This document shows positions 24,455 to 36,906 of a DNA stretch of 64,000 nt, in pieces. Source of the DNA: the human T2T-CHM13v2.0 reference genome, Homo sapiens. Positions within the stretch are counted from its first letter, which is position 1; each line of letters starts with the position of its first letter. The stretch is taken from assembly GCF_009914755.1 (NCBI RefSeq), contig NC_060930.1, one strand, 5' to 3'. The position numbers and the translations under genes were made by a program. The notes under the pieces were generated by a model that was not told where the DNA came from, did not search any database, and saw nothing but the letters and a program-made list of their open reading frames with translations.

Positions 24455-24665
24455 GTGCCAGATTTTCATTTAGGCATTTTATATGTACCGATTCACTTGT
24501 TCCTTCACACTCCACCCCCAAAAAATACAATGCATATATTATTATCATTATCAAAAAAAAAAAGCAGCGAGAAAACAGGAAAGCATACTGTTAATATCTT
24601 ACCCAAAGTCACAGTTAGAAACTTGTGGAACTGGAATTCTAACCCAAGCAGTCCGAAATTATACC
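24455..24665 (-). mobile_element. MIR (target of the L1/Alu composite)
   Basis: ttacccaaagtcacagttag...ggaactggaattctaacccaagcagtc; left part at ~23383-23425. Confidence 0.6.
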
Positions 24666-24679
24666 CTAAGCTATTTTAT

Positions 24680-26860
24680 TAATAACCTTTTAAAATTTAA
24701 GTACTACATACATAGAGGAAAATATACAAACTATATTGGTTTAGCTTAATGAATTATCATAAGTTAAACACACCCATATAACCACCACCCAGGTGAGAAG
24801 ATGGAGGATTACCAACACTCAATGAACTTCTCTCCAGTCCTTTTCCCAATCACTACCTCTACTCTTCACCTTAAAGGTAACCTGTATCTTGACTTCCAGC
24901 TAGTTTTATCTGTTTTTGAATTTTATGTATTAATACACATATACATATAATAAATACTGTTTTATTTCTGCTTCCTTCATTCAACAATGTTAGGTTACTC
25001 TATGTTGAATGCAACATCAGTTCATTCATTTTTATGGTGTCTAAAACTGTATTCTACCCATGATCTATAATTTATTACCCATCCCACTGTTAGCAGATAC
25101 TTGTTTTCATTTTTAAATTATTACAAATTATGATTTTATGACTACCTATATACATGTGTTTTGGTTGATGTATGTACATGATTCTATTTGGTATGTACAA
25201 ATATGTAGAAGTAGTGTAGGAAATTGTATTGGATACAAAAATGGATTTCAAAATAGGTAGTATCCATTGCAGTAAATAACACCAGTGGCATATAATAGAT
25301 CCTCAGTAGAACTCAGTATTGACAGTCATTCTCACCATACTCATTTTAAGGAACGAGTAATGGTATCTTGTTGTTATATTTTGTATTTCCATGAAAAGGG
25401 TGGCTATCTATTCATAGATGTTATTGACCATCTTGATATACATTTGCAAGTAGGAGGTTCAAATATCTTAATTAAATATTTAGTCACTTCTTAGTAATAT
25501 TTAGGAATTCTTTATGTATTTTCAACTTCACAGAATTATAGGTTGTTTTTTCATTTTATCAAAGATGTCTTTTAACAGATATCAATTTTGTATATCTAAA
25601 TCATTAAAACTTTCTCACATGGCTAATGCTGTTTTTTAGTGACCTGTTAAGAAATTTGTCTACCTCAACATTCTGAAGATAGTATTTCCTTTATCTTTTA
25701 AAACTTTATTATTTTACTTCTCACATTACATTGTTAATCCCCCATACATGATATACCGAGGAACATGAATGCTGGGTCTTATTGTAGGAATATGTTTAAT
25801 TTTGTCTGGAATTATTTTTCATCTGCCTTATTTTTCTTAGTGCTATTTTGCTGCTGCCAAATTATATTTTGTCTGCAAACATCTTTCATTGACTTTAATT
25901 TTTAATGTAATAGTAGCCAAAAAATTTCCAAAACAGACTAAAGCTCTTCATCTACAGATAGAAGAAACACTAGAAACCTGAGTATACTAAATACAAATGA
26001 AAACACACCTGGATATCAAAATAGAATTGCTGATAACCAAAGAAAAATAGTGCTTCAGGCTTATTCTCTCACTTTTCTCTTTATGATATTCGAATTAAAT
26101 GTGTATTAGGTCTTTCATTATTTCCTTTATGTATATCTAATGATACATATATATCTTCCTATCCTTTAGTCTGAACATTTTGTTCTGACATATTTACCAG
26201 TTCCTAAATTCCTTTTTAAATATGAATTAACTTATCTTGAAACCAATACCTGATGATTCCAGTGGCTTGATATCCTGCATATTTATTATGTTTACTTTTT
26301 TTTTTGGTGTAATGTTTCCTTTCTGTATACCTGATTAATTTTGCTTGTTTGCTTGATATTGTGAATGAAATTTTTTAGAAAAATTGAAGGCTTTAAATAT
26401 CTTTTTCGTTCAGTGAGCATTTACATTTTCTTCTAGGAGGAAGCCTGTTTTGGGACAATCACCTTATTTTATTCATGAGTGAAGTCATTCAAAGACAAAT
26501 TATTTTTGAAGGATGCTCTCATTCTGTCTTTTTGGTGAGCCCTAAACTTTAATTTTTGACCTTCCTTGCCCTTGAGGCTGCTGAAAGTTATACTCCACTT
26601 TTTAGTCTTTCTGTTTTTTCTTTCAATTTTGAAATTGGGAACCACCTTAAGCAGCTATTATAATCACGAATACTCAACTTACCTATTTAGCTTCTGTTTT
26701 TAAGCAATTCTCACCCTATAAATTCTTATATCCTTGTCAGTGCTCTAATTCCTAAAACCAGATAGAGGGAAGAAGGGTCACTTACGTTTTATTCAGCTTT
26801 CTAGTTCACATTAGAAAGTTTTAGGTAAAACAATGAAGTCAGCCATTCCAGGGAGCTGAC
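24680..26860 (-). mobile_element. Old L1ME-type fragments, including a sense-oriented ORF1 piece at ~25905-26050
   Basis: L1ME 3' end (gcttaatgaattatcataagttaaacacacccatataaccaccacccagg); plus-strand aaatttccaaaa...tacagatagaagaa...aaacacacctgga. Confidence 0.6.
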
Positions 26861-27503
26861 CTCCAAAGCCTATGTTTTTAACCAAATAAAGTAAATATTC
26901 TTGTCTTAGAATTATCAGTAAACTGATATATAAAGTATGAAGCTCAGTTTTTTATTTTGCACATAAACATGAGAAATGGACTAGATATGAATTTGAAGTT
27001 TGTAATACTGATAAAAGAAAACAAATGTATTGACAAGGTTGTGGTTGGAGAATAAGTAATTTAATCAACATTTAGCATGGTATCCAACAAGTATATACAT
27101 ACACACATATGCACAAACACACATTATAATATTTAACCTAATGTAAATTCTATAAGGTTAGAAATTGTCATCCTTCTTTCACAAATGAGGAAACTGAGAT
27201 TCAGACAGAATAAATAATGTGAATCACAAATTAACCTACTTCTTTTCGATGACTATATATGTGTTATATACGTATACACACAGATATTACATATATTCTA
27301 ATTTATCACTGTGCATTGATTTTATTCTGACACAAATACATTGAGATATATACTTTAGAAAGTTTTTTCTTTCATAATATGTCTTTTTGAGTTTCTTAAG
27401 ATTTAATTCTTAAGATGTTGCCCATCCTTTTCTTGAACATTTGCTTACATATGATAGCTAAATTTTAATAATCCAAGAAGCTAAATAAAATATCCTTAAT
27501 GAC

Positions 27504-27666
27504 TTTTTTTTTTTTTTTTTGAGACAGAGTCTCCCTCTGTCACCTAGGCTGGAATGCAGTGGTGCAATCATAGCTCAATGAGCCTCCAATGCCTAAGCTC
27601 AAGGGATCTTCCCACATTGGTCTCCCAAAGTGCTAGTATTACAGGCATGAGCCACTGTGCCTGGCC
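27504..27666 (-). mobile_element. FRAM/AluJ-type monomer
   Basis: Poly(T) plus ~145 bp monomer gagacagagtctccctctgtcacctaggctgg...gagccactgtgcctggcc. Confidence 0.85.
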
Positions 27667-27951
27667 ATATTTTCAAATGTGATATAAATCACACTTGCCT
27701 TGGAGATATTTCAAAAAATATACAATCAACTGGTGATGTAATTCTGCAATTTACACTTAATAAGTTACCATAATCAGATCTAATTTTTCACGGAGGCAGA
27801 ATATCTAGTGAATTTTAAGCATTGGTGGCTCATGAACAGGTAAGTTAGCTTTGCCAAGTCCAAATCATTATCAATATGTAAGAAGTATTACCTACTGTTT
27901 AAGAATTCAGAGAGTGCCAGATTTTTGAATTCTTTATCTGGGTTTAACATA

Positions 27952-28141
27952 TTTGTCTGTTGTGAGCCTTATTCTCTTTTCGGATATAGAAAAGCATAGC
28001 TGAAATATTAACAGTACATGGCCCACTCTGTTTCTCCTTATCCTTTTTGCTCATTACAACCATAGGATGTCCCTTAAAACAGAGCCAACTTCAGTAAAAC
28101 AACAAATAATAATACCTTGATATGGCACTTTGTGAAGTGCA
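27952..28141 (+). repeat. 190-bp donor copy of local inverted duplication
   Basis: Reverse complement of 29696-29888. Confidence 0.97.
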
Positions 28142-28300
28142 CCTCTGGAGATTTTTATGTAATCCTCAAGAATGTTATGAAACATAGGTATTAGTATTCT
28201 AGTTTTAAATCTGAAAAAAAATGGAGCTCAGAGAGGTTTAACATGTGTCTAAGGTTTTACAATTTGTAAACCGTTGGGTGAAGATTCATGCATGTTTGGG
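28103..28300 (-). mobile_element. MIR
   Basis: taatcctcaagaa...taggtattagtattctagtttta...gagctcagagaggtttaac...aaggt. Confidence 0.65.
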
Positions 28301-28631
28301 CAGTAAACAGAAAATAAAGAGCGTGGTATACAATTTATTGGACTTAGATAATAAAAACAAAGTGTTAATTCAGTGTATCCAGGTGAACATTAAAAAAGTA
28401 AAAAAAAATACTTTGGAAAATCAGGGAAAGTAACATTGAGGGAACTGAGAAATGATTATATTTTTGTAAGTAGAGAGTCAGATAAGACAAAAGGACATTT
28501 GGAGCCTGTCTGGTTGCCAAGGCCTTTCTATAGCTTCAGCTCATGTAGAAGCCTGATCAGCAAAACTCAGAAAACTTAACAGCTTGAAAATATTTCAGAG
28601 TGAGTAGATAATACTCCCTACCTTTTTTTTT

Positions 28632-29390
28632 GTTTGATTCATTAATTCATTCAATAAATATTTATTCAAAGCCTATGTTGTTTCAGGCACTATTCTAGAT
28701 GATGAGGATACAGCAATGATCAAAACTGACAAAAATCACTGCTTTTAGGGAGCTTACATCCTAATGGGAGAAAAAGGATAAGCCATAGAGTAATTACATC
28801 ATATATTACATGAGAAGTTCTTACGTACTATGAGGGCAAAAGTAAACCAGGCAAATGGGGATGGGGTGATGCAGCTTTAATAATAGCTAAATCAGACGGC
28901 AGTGAGAAGGTTAACTCGTGAAAGGGGTGAGGTCTGAGCCTGGTGGATATCTGATGAAGAACATTTCAAGCTGACTGCAATTCCCCTGAGGTAGAAGGAT
29001 GCCTGTTGTGTTCAAGAAGTAGCAAGAAGGTCAAAGTGGCTAAAACAAAGAGAAGGAGGGGAAAGAAGAGCATATGAGCCTGGGGAAGTCACTGAGCAGC
29101 CAGTGATCCCCTCCGGCCTCCCCATTTAACAAGTGAAAGGTTAACCATTGGCAGCTTCTGAGAAAATGAGTAGCATGATTTTACCTGTAACCAACCTAAC
29201 AGCAAGGAAACTGGTTGCTGTTTTGAGAACTTACTTATTAGAGAAGTAAGGACGGAAAAAAAAATCAGTTAGAAAGCTTTGGCAATGATTCTTACTGTGG
29301 CTTAGATGAAATGGTTGCAGTAAAGTTTATAAGTGGCCAGATGCTAGGTATCTTTATGATGGTAGAGAAATAAGATGAATTTCTGGACTT
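28632..29390 (-). mobile_element. L2a 3' portion
   Basis: ttcattcaataaatatttattcaaagcctatg...caggcactattctagatgatgaggatacagcaatga...gagcttacatcctaatggg. Confidence 0.8.
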
Positions 29391-29695
29391 TTATCTCTTA
29401 AAACATTGACATTCTATTCTTCATTGAAGTATTTTATACACATATTTGTTAAAGGTGGTTGCATATTTTGTCTTAATTTCTGTGTCAAATAGTGATATCG
29501 TGAGTAATCCGTGAAGAACTTGTTAGGTACACATTGGAAGTTATTCAAAGCTAAGTGGAGGGCTTGTTGAGAGAGATTTCTCAGCATCCAGTATGACATG
29601 AACAAAGGGCATCAAGATATTGGTGTATGGTAATTCTATCTATTTTTTGATGATTATCAGTGATAAAGGGGATAATCACTGCAACCTCAAACTCC

Positions 29696-29888
29696 TGCAC
29701 TTCACAAACTGCCATATCAAGGTATTATTATTATTTGTTGTTTTACTGAAGTTGGCTCTGTTTTGAGGGACATCCTATGGTTGTAATGAGCAAAAAGGAT
29801 AAGGAGAAACAGAGAGGGCCACGTACTGTTAATATTTCAGCTATGCTTTTCTATATCCGAAAAGAGAATAAGGCTTACAACAGACAAA
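29696..29888 (-). repeat. 193-bp inverted copy of 27952-28141 (templated insertion)
   Basis: By-eye alignment gives 5 substitutions and one 3-bp (tta) indel; flanked by 18-bp direct repeat ttttgatgattatcagtg. Confidence 0.97.
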
Positions 29889-30404
29889 CCAATTTTGATG
29901 ATTATCAGTGGAAAAGGCGGCACAGGAGAGTACTCAGTAGATGACATGGGTTATGGATTATGATGCTGAAACTTCTTATGCCTCCTTGCAAATTGTTCAT
30001 TAATATTATGTCAGTGTCATAATTCTTAAGTGTCATTTCATTACTTCACTCAGAATGACTATAAACACTACTACTGTAAAAGATAAATTTAGTTACACTT
30101 TGCAGATGTCAGTTCCATGGAACTAGTAAATAACAATAATAAAAATGTTATGATTGTGCTCTCTTTCTAAAGGAGTTTCCCCTCCATTTTGTACATTGGG
30201 GAAAAAATTCAAATGAGAGAGTCTTACAATAAACCTTCATTTACCTTCTTTCCAGAATATCATGAAAGGAGAGTGGAAACGCCAGTGAGTCCTTGTCACT
30301 CTTCTGCATGTGAGGGGTTTGTGGCCGATTCCAAATCAATTTTTCTTTTTCTTAGTTGCTAACTTGGAAGCAGAAGTTTCTAAAGTTTACATGGGTTTTA
30401 GGGA

Positions 30405-30660
30405 TTATTTAAGTTACTTAACCTCTCTGACCCTAAGTCTTTGCCTCTGTAATGTGATAAATAAATAGCTCAGAGTTGTGAGGGTAAAATGAGATATTGT
30501 CTGCAGTGAGAGTGAGAGGTATTTATTGCACATACTCAGTTTGGACATAATTGGCTTACACTACTGTCTACTGCAGAAAAATTGGAGGCTGAGAGAAATG
30601 ATATACACAAGATTTCATACTTAGGAATACAACTTATTTTCTTACTTCCAGACTGGTCCT
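30405..30660. mobile_element. MIR fragments
   Basis: aagttacttaacctctctgaccctaagtctttgcctctgtaa...gttgtgagggtaaaatgagat; gaaaaattggaggctgagagaa. Confidence 0.65.
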
Positions 30661-30674
30661 CTGTAACAGGAGAC

Positions 30675-31208
30675 TGTGATGGTTAGTTTTACATGTCAAC
30701 CTGGCTGGGGCATAGTGTGACCAGAAATTTGGTCAAACATTATTCTGGATGTGTTTGTGTGGGTATTTCTGGATATGATTTACATTTAAATTGGTAGACT
30801 GAGTAAAGCAGATGTCCTCCATAAGGTGGGTGGTCTCCATACATTCAATTGAAGGCCAGAATAAAACAAAAAGGCTCATCCTGCTGTGAGTATGAAAGAA
30901 CTCCTTTTTTCTGTCTACCTGCAAACTGGGACATTATTTTCTTCCTGACTTTGTGCTTGAACTGAAACATCAGCTCTTCCTGGGTTTTGAGCTTACAAGC
31001 ATTGAACTGGAACTATACAATTGGCTCTCCTGATCTCAGATTTTCAAAACTGGAACTATATCGTCAGCTGCCCTGGGTCTCCAGCTTGTTGACTGAAGAT
31101 CTTGGGACTTGTTAGTCTCTGTAATTATGTGAGCCAATTCCTTATGAGAAATAACATATGCACACACCCTGTGGGTTCTGTTTCTGTCAACAACAGGTCT
31201 CTAATACA
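30675..31208 (+). mobile_element. MLT2B-like ERVL solo LTR, complete
   Basis: TGTGATGGTTAGTTTTACATGTCAACCTGG ... CTAATACA with 5-bp TSD gagac (30670-30674 and 31209-31213). Confidence 0.92.
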
Positions 31209-31321
31209 GAGACCTATGCTCGTAACACAGAAAATGCAAGTTTTACCCTTGACCTGAAAAAAATTTAAAAATATACTCTTATTATATATGCATGTCAAGT
31301 GTTTGAAAGTGTGGCTAATTG

Positions 31322-31617
31322 GGCCAGATGCAGTGGATGTTGCCTGTAATCTCAGTACTTTGGGAGTCTGAGGCAGGAGGATTGCTTGAGCTGGGAGTTT
31401 GAGACCAGCCTGGGGAAACATAGGGAGACCTCATCTCTACAAAACATACAAAAAATTAGCTGGGCATAGTGGCATGTTTCTGTGGTCCCAGCTATTCAGG
31501 AGGCTAAGGCAGGAGGTTGTCTTGAGCCCAGGAGTTTGAGGTTGCAGTGAGCGCTATTCCTGCTACCACACTCCAGCCTGGGTGACAAAGCAAAACCTTG
31601 TCTCCAAAAGAAAAAAC
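31322..31617 (+). mobile_element. AluJ
   Basis: ggaggattgcttgag diagnostic; TSD gaaagtgtgg(c/a)taat. Confidence 0.95.
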
Positions 31618-32539
31618 GAAAGTGTGGATAATCTATTGTATGATATTAGGATTCTGGCTTACCTGGAACATGTTAGAAGAAAAGTGATTGTAAAGAGCAG
31701 AAGCAACTTAATTCTGTGAAAAAGAAAAAAAAATAGACACAGAAAAACCTGAAATCCAATTTTACTGTTTTGCTAATCATTATACTGGTGATGTACCACA
31801 GCTAAGTCCAAGTGGTTGGCAAAATAAGGAGCAGAGGCATATAGAAGAGGAAGGGCCATGAGGAAATCAAATGACTGAAATTAACAAAGCCACAACTAAG
31901 ACCTATGTTGTCCTGAGGTATACCTTTGACACCTGGTAGCCACCATGGAACAGCAGATTGCAACTTGAAGACGTCAACACCCATAGTTTCAGGGCATAAC
32001 TGAGTGGCTCCCGGGAGACTGAGTGACACATCCTGAGACCCTAAAAGGGAATAGAAGGACATATCCTGAGCAAGAGGAAGAAGACTTATTCCTATTGATT
32101 TCTCTCATGGACACTAAAAATACATGGGTTTCTTTTATTTTCAGTATGGAAAACAAACATACTTTATGCACAAAACTGTAGGAAACACAGACTACTAACT
32201 AATTCAAAATAAAATGTCTTCTTTTCTGGGAATGAATAGCTTGGTTATACTGATAGCTCATAATGCCATTTGGAATCTGAATAGGAATAATCACATTAGA
32301 AGGACTGTCTCCAAAGTCGATGATTTAATGTTACAACTTTGCTGTTGCAGTAACATACAGAGATCAGAGCAGTTCAAAGATTTGATTATCATTTTCCAAA
32401 GACAACAGATTTTAGAAAGACAATTCAGCCTTTAAAATATTAACTTAGTCTAAATATTGAGTCTATTCTTGGCCCCGAGGCAATATTAGCAACTCATTCT
32501 TTCTTCCTAAAGCTACTTGCAAAACCGAAATCAACCTAC

Positions 32540-32998
32540 TGTACCATATAACTAATGTTTATGGTTTCTTTTGAATAAACATGAAAACTGACTCCTCCTG
32601 TCTTAAAACTTAAGAAAGTTACATTTGTCTTATCTGAGTTTCTTTTTTTAGGAAACCAACCATCAGGCATCCATCAGATAGTATCAAGGAGCTGAAACTC
32701 ACCAGGTTACTATATTAGGACAATGAGATGTCAGATCCCTTACCTGTCATGATTTCCTAACTGACCACCTGCTTCCTATTTCAATTCCTTTTCCTAATTT
32801 CTGTTTTCCCACACATGGTTACATTTCTTCCCTGCTATATACATTCCTAATTTTAGTTGGTCAGAGAGTTGGATTTGAGACTGATCTCCCAGCACCTGAT
32901 TAAAGCCTTTTTCCCTGGCAATACTTGTTGTCTCAGTGGTTGGCTTTCTTTGTGGCAAGCAGCAGGACCTAAGCTGAACCTGTGATGTTTTGGTAACA
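32540..32998 (+). mobile_element. MER39-like ERV1 LTR
   Basis: ggaaaccaaccatcagg...tttgagactgatctccc...attaaagcc...ggcaatacttgttgtctcagtggttggctttct...cagcaggacct...ggtaaca; 5' boundary uncertain. Confidence 0.75.
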
Positions 32999-34482
32999 AA
33001 ACTATCATGAGTTGGGGTAGAACCTCTTCAGTTGGATATTACACATGCACAAATGGGTCTGTGTTCTCACAACACATCCAGATGTTATTGCTGCCCAATA
33101 ACAAGGAAGAGCACAGTTTGTCAGAGAAGACATCTTTTAAATTTCCTATTGACACACTAACCATTGAATCAATCTGCCTGACTCCCTGGAATAGCGTTTT
33201 GATCATATTCCAACCCTCTCCCTCCTTTAGGGAACAAAGTTCTTCTCTCCAGAGTTCCCATATTGTACCATACTGACTTGTTGGATTCTGTTTAAAGAGG
33301 TTCTATTTGGCTTTGCAAGCCAGCTTTTGAGGTGCTGTATGTTTAGGACCATGGTGAGTACATGGTGAGACCATAATAAACGATCAGGAAAAGATTGTAT
33401 GCAATACCTATCTTTCAACAAGGCCACATTTACTTATAGGTAGCCAAAGGGAAGAACAATAAGTAAGGTAAGATGGATTGCCAAAAGAAGTTGGAAAAAA
33501 AGAGAATGGAGGGAGAGGGGAGTCCTAAATCAACTAATTTGCTGAAGGGATAGATTTTTATTCTCAGGTAATAGGGACCCTGGCCACAGACTAAGAAACA
33601 AAAAAACATTTTTTCTAATTTTAATTTTTTTATTAACAGGCACAGGGAATTTCCTACTGAGAAAGGAAAATGGAGAACAATAAAATAAAGTAACTGAGAG
33701 AGCTGGTTAAAGAAACCCTGAAAATAATAGTTTTAAGTTTCCAATTGTTGTTTCAACCTAGTTTGGGAATATAAAATAAGAGTTATCTAAAGGTTAGGAA
33801 AATGATTTTTATTATTTCATCTTTTAGTCAAATAGTATTTTTGAATGAAATAGAGAACATACACTAAATAAAGTAGGAAAAAGTATCTTATGTATTGCAG
33901 CTTATATGAAAGAATCAAGATAATACATATATAGTATGTAGCTAAATGCTTGATTATTACAGAAAGGATTATAATCTGAATTATACATTTTATTCTGTGA
34001 GAAAAGGCTTCTATTAACACACAGTCTGGATAGATTTTTGGATATGCATACATATTACAGATTGGTGATTTTGTGAAAAATAACTATAGGTGCATTATCT
34101 AAGAATTAAATATGTACCTCAGTGAATGGGAACAAAGAGACATTAAAATTAATTATAGGTTATTCTGACTTTTATCTAAAAGTGGATTAATATAAATCAG
34201 GAGAGATGAGGATACTAAGACTTATGTAGTATCCACTCTGTATCATGTGTTTCTCATCGTTTTAATCCACACATTATCTGATATAGTAGGCACCATTATC
34301 CACATTTTGAAATGCGATTAAAATCCACAGATGAAATCCACAGTATTAGTTGTAAAGCAAATATTTGGACTCAAGACTCAAGTCAAGCCACAATAATTCC
34401 TCAGAAATGGATAAAGGAGATAAGACAAAGGAATGAGTTAGAGATTATTAGGATCAGAGAGGATTTCAGGGAAAACACAGGT

Positions 34483-34851
34483 TGGATTAGTCTGTTCTTA
34501 TGCTGCTTATAAAGAACTGCCCAAGACTGGATAGTTTATAAAGGAAAGAGGTTTAATTGACTCATGGTTCTGCAGGGCTGGGGAGGCCTCAAGAAACTTA
34601 CAATTATGGAGGAAAGGGAAGCAAACACATCCTTCTACACATGGCAGCAGGAAGGATAAGTGCCAAGCAAAAAGGGAAAAAGCCCCTTATAAAGTCATCA
34701 GATATCATGAGAACTCACTCACTATTATGAGAACAGCCATGGAGCCCCCAGGATTCAATCATCTCCCACTGGGTTTCTCCAATGACATGTGGGGATTATG
34801 GGAACAACAATTCAAGAGAGATTTGGGTGGGGACACAGTCAAACCATATCA
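34483..34851 (-). mobile_element. THE1C/D MaLR solo LTR, complete
   Basis: attagtctgttcttatgctgct...gaggtttaattgactca...ggggacacagtcaaaccatatca; TSD caggt on both sides. Confidence 0.93.
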
Positions 34852-35096
34852 CAGGTCATTTTTGGTTTGTGAACAGTTGTTTGAGAGCAACTCAAGCCAG
34901 AGCTTATATCTGACCAAGACGGCAAACACCAGAAGGCCAGTGGCGGGAAAACAGTTCTATATCCTCCATGACTGGAGGAACTGAATGTATAAAGAGGATG
35001 GAATTGCAATAGACATATTTTTCAGCAGGTGGGGAAGAATAGCAACTGGACTGAAGTTTATACAAATATAAATCTTTATATAAAACTTATCAGAAG

Positions 35097-35586
35097 TTTG
35101 ATGGGCTAAATAATGGCCCAACAAATAGGTCCATGCCCTAATCCTCAGCATCAGTAAATATACTGCCTTAAATGTCAAAAGGAACTTTTGTAGATGTAAT
35201 TAAATTAGTGATCTTGAGATGGGGAGATTATCCTGAATTGTCTGGGTTGGTCTAATGTATTCAGAAGTGTCCTTTAAAGAGGGAGGCAGTAGAATTAGAT
35301 TCAGCAAACATATATGATGGCAGAGCAGATGTTGGACTGATGCATTTTGAAGATGGACTAAGTGGCCTCTAGATGAGGAAGGCTGGCAGCCCCCGAAGCT
35401 GTAAATAGCAAGGAAATGGATTTTCTCCCAAAGTCTCAGAAGGCAAAGCCCTGCTGGCATCTAACTTTAGCCCATTGAGACTGATTTTAAACTTTTAACC
35501 ACCAGAACTGTAAGGTGATATGTTAGATCGTCTTCAGCCAGGACGTTTGTGGTAATTTGTTACGGCAGCAATAGGAAACTAAAACA
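35097..35586 (+). mobile_element. MLT1C/D solo LTR
   Basis: gatcttgagatggggagattatcctg...gtttgtggtaatttgttacggcagcaataggaaactaa. Confidence 0.88.
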
Positions 35587-36079
35587 AAAAGTATGAGAAA
35601 CATCAAATTAATTTTTATGCTCCATGTAATTGTTTAGAATTCCCCTGTTCCTAGATGCCTTCTTACAGATTTTATTATTTCCTTATTTGTCTCAAGAAAT
35701 TGTTGGGAATTAATTTCCTTTTGTATATGAGAGGTAGGACAGGTAAGAAAAAAAAGTTAAAACAATAGCAGAAAAATCTCTGTTCTTAAACCAATAGGAA
35801 CAAAATAGGAAACTAACAGTTTTGCAATAGTCTGCAGCCTCTTTTTGGCATTTAGATACTTAAGTACTTTTTCTTTCCCCTCGCATTTGTAATTTCATTT
35901 GGGTTGTACAGGACAAAACCTCGCAATTTTTATCTTAATTATAGTACTAGAATGAACTATATCACTGTCAGCGCCAGGGTACATGGTATTCTGACTTAAT
36001 CCATTTGTGCTTGATTATGATATCATGTATATTCTGCTTGTTCTGCAATGTCCCACTAATTCTCATACCTTTGGGACCT

Positions 36080-36730
36080 ACTTTTCATTCATATTTTCAT
36101 TCATTCGCTCAAGAAATATTTATTCCATTCTATATGTAAGACATTATGCTAAGAACTGGGATAGATTTGTAAATAGAAAGAACATTATCCTCCCCTTTTA
36201 TTCCTCCTCAAACTACTCCAGACTACAGTGATCTCATCTACTTATATTTATTCATATCTACTCATATTTACTTATGTCTGCTCCATCATGTTGAAGCACT
36301 TAATATAATTTAATGAATATTAGCATGCTTCTCCATCTTAGTTATATATTCATCCAACTTACCTTCTGTTAAAGTGCAGTTATTTTGTTTTCCATAGTAT
36401 GAAACACATGATAGACACTAAGTAATTTCTTGTTGACTAGTAGGTATATGAATCACCAAGATTTATAGAGTCATTATATCTTGCACTAAGGTATTTGAGT
36501 AGGTCTTGAGGGTAAGTAAAAATTGTTCAGGTGGTAAGGGAGAAGGATGAGCTTCAAGTGGAGAGAAAGATATGGGTGTTTGAATAAAAAAGAAAAATGT
36601 GTGAGGTATATCTAAAAAGAATGAGTATTTTTGTGTGGTAGAAGCATTTTACATAGCACATCATGAGGCCAAAGAGCCATGCTGGGGTTATATTGAGAAG
36701 AACTTTTAGTGTCATAAGGTGTGTGAACAC
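36080..36730. mobile_element. L2 fragments, mixed orientation
   Basis: ttcattcattcgctcaagaaatatttatt...; gggtcttgagggtaagt-like purine-rich L2 tract. Confidence 0.5.
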
Positions 36731-36764
36731 AAATTTCTAAATTTTAAAGATTTTATTAATCATT

Positions 36765-36906
36765 TGTTTGTTTTTTATTGTGGTAAAAACACATAGCATA
36801 AAATTTACCACCTTAACTATATTTAAAGTTCAGTAGTGTTAGGTATATTCACATTGTTGTAAAATAGATCTGCAGAACCTTTTCATCTTGCAAAACTGAA
36901 ACTCCA
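36765..36906 (-). mobile_element. L1MB 3' end fragment
   Basis: ttttattgtggtaaaaacacatagcataaaatttaccacc...ttcatcttgcaaaactgaaactc. Confidence 0.8.

Noticed and set aside
31939-31968. Perfect Kozak gccaccATGG
   Set aside because: The frame stops after 7 codons (MEQQIAT); no supporting promoter or splice context.
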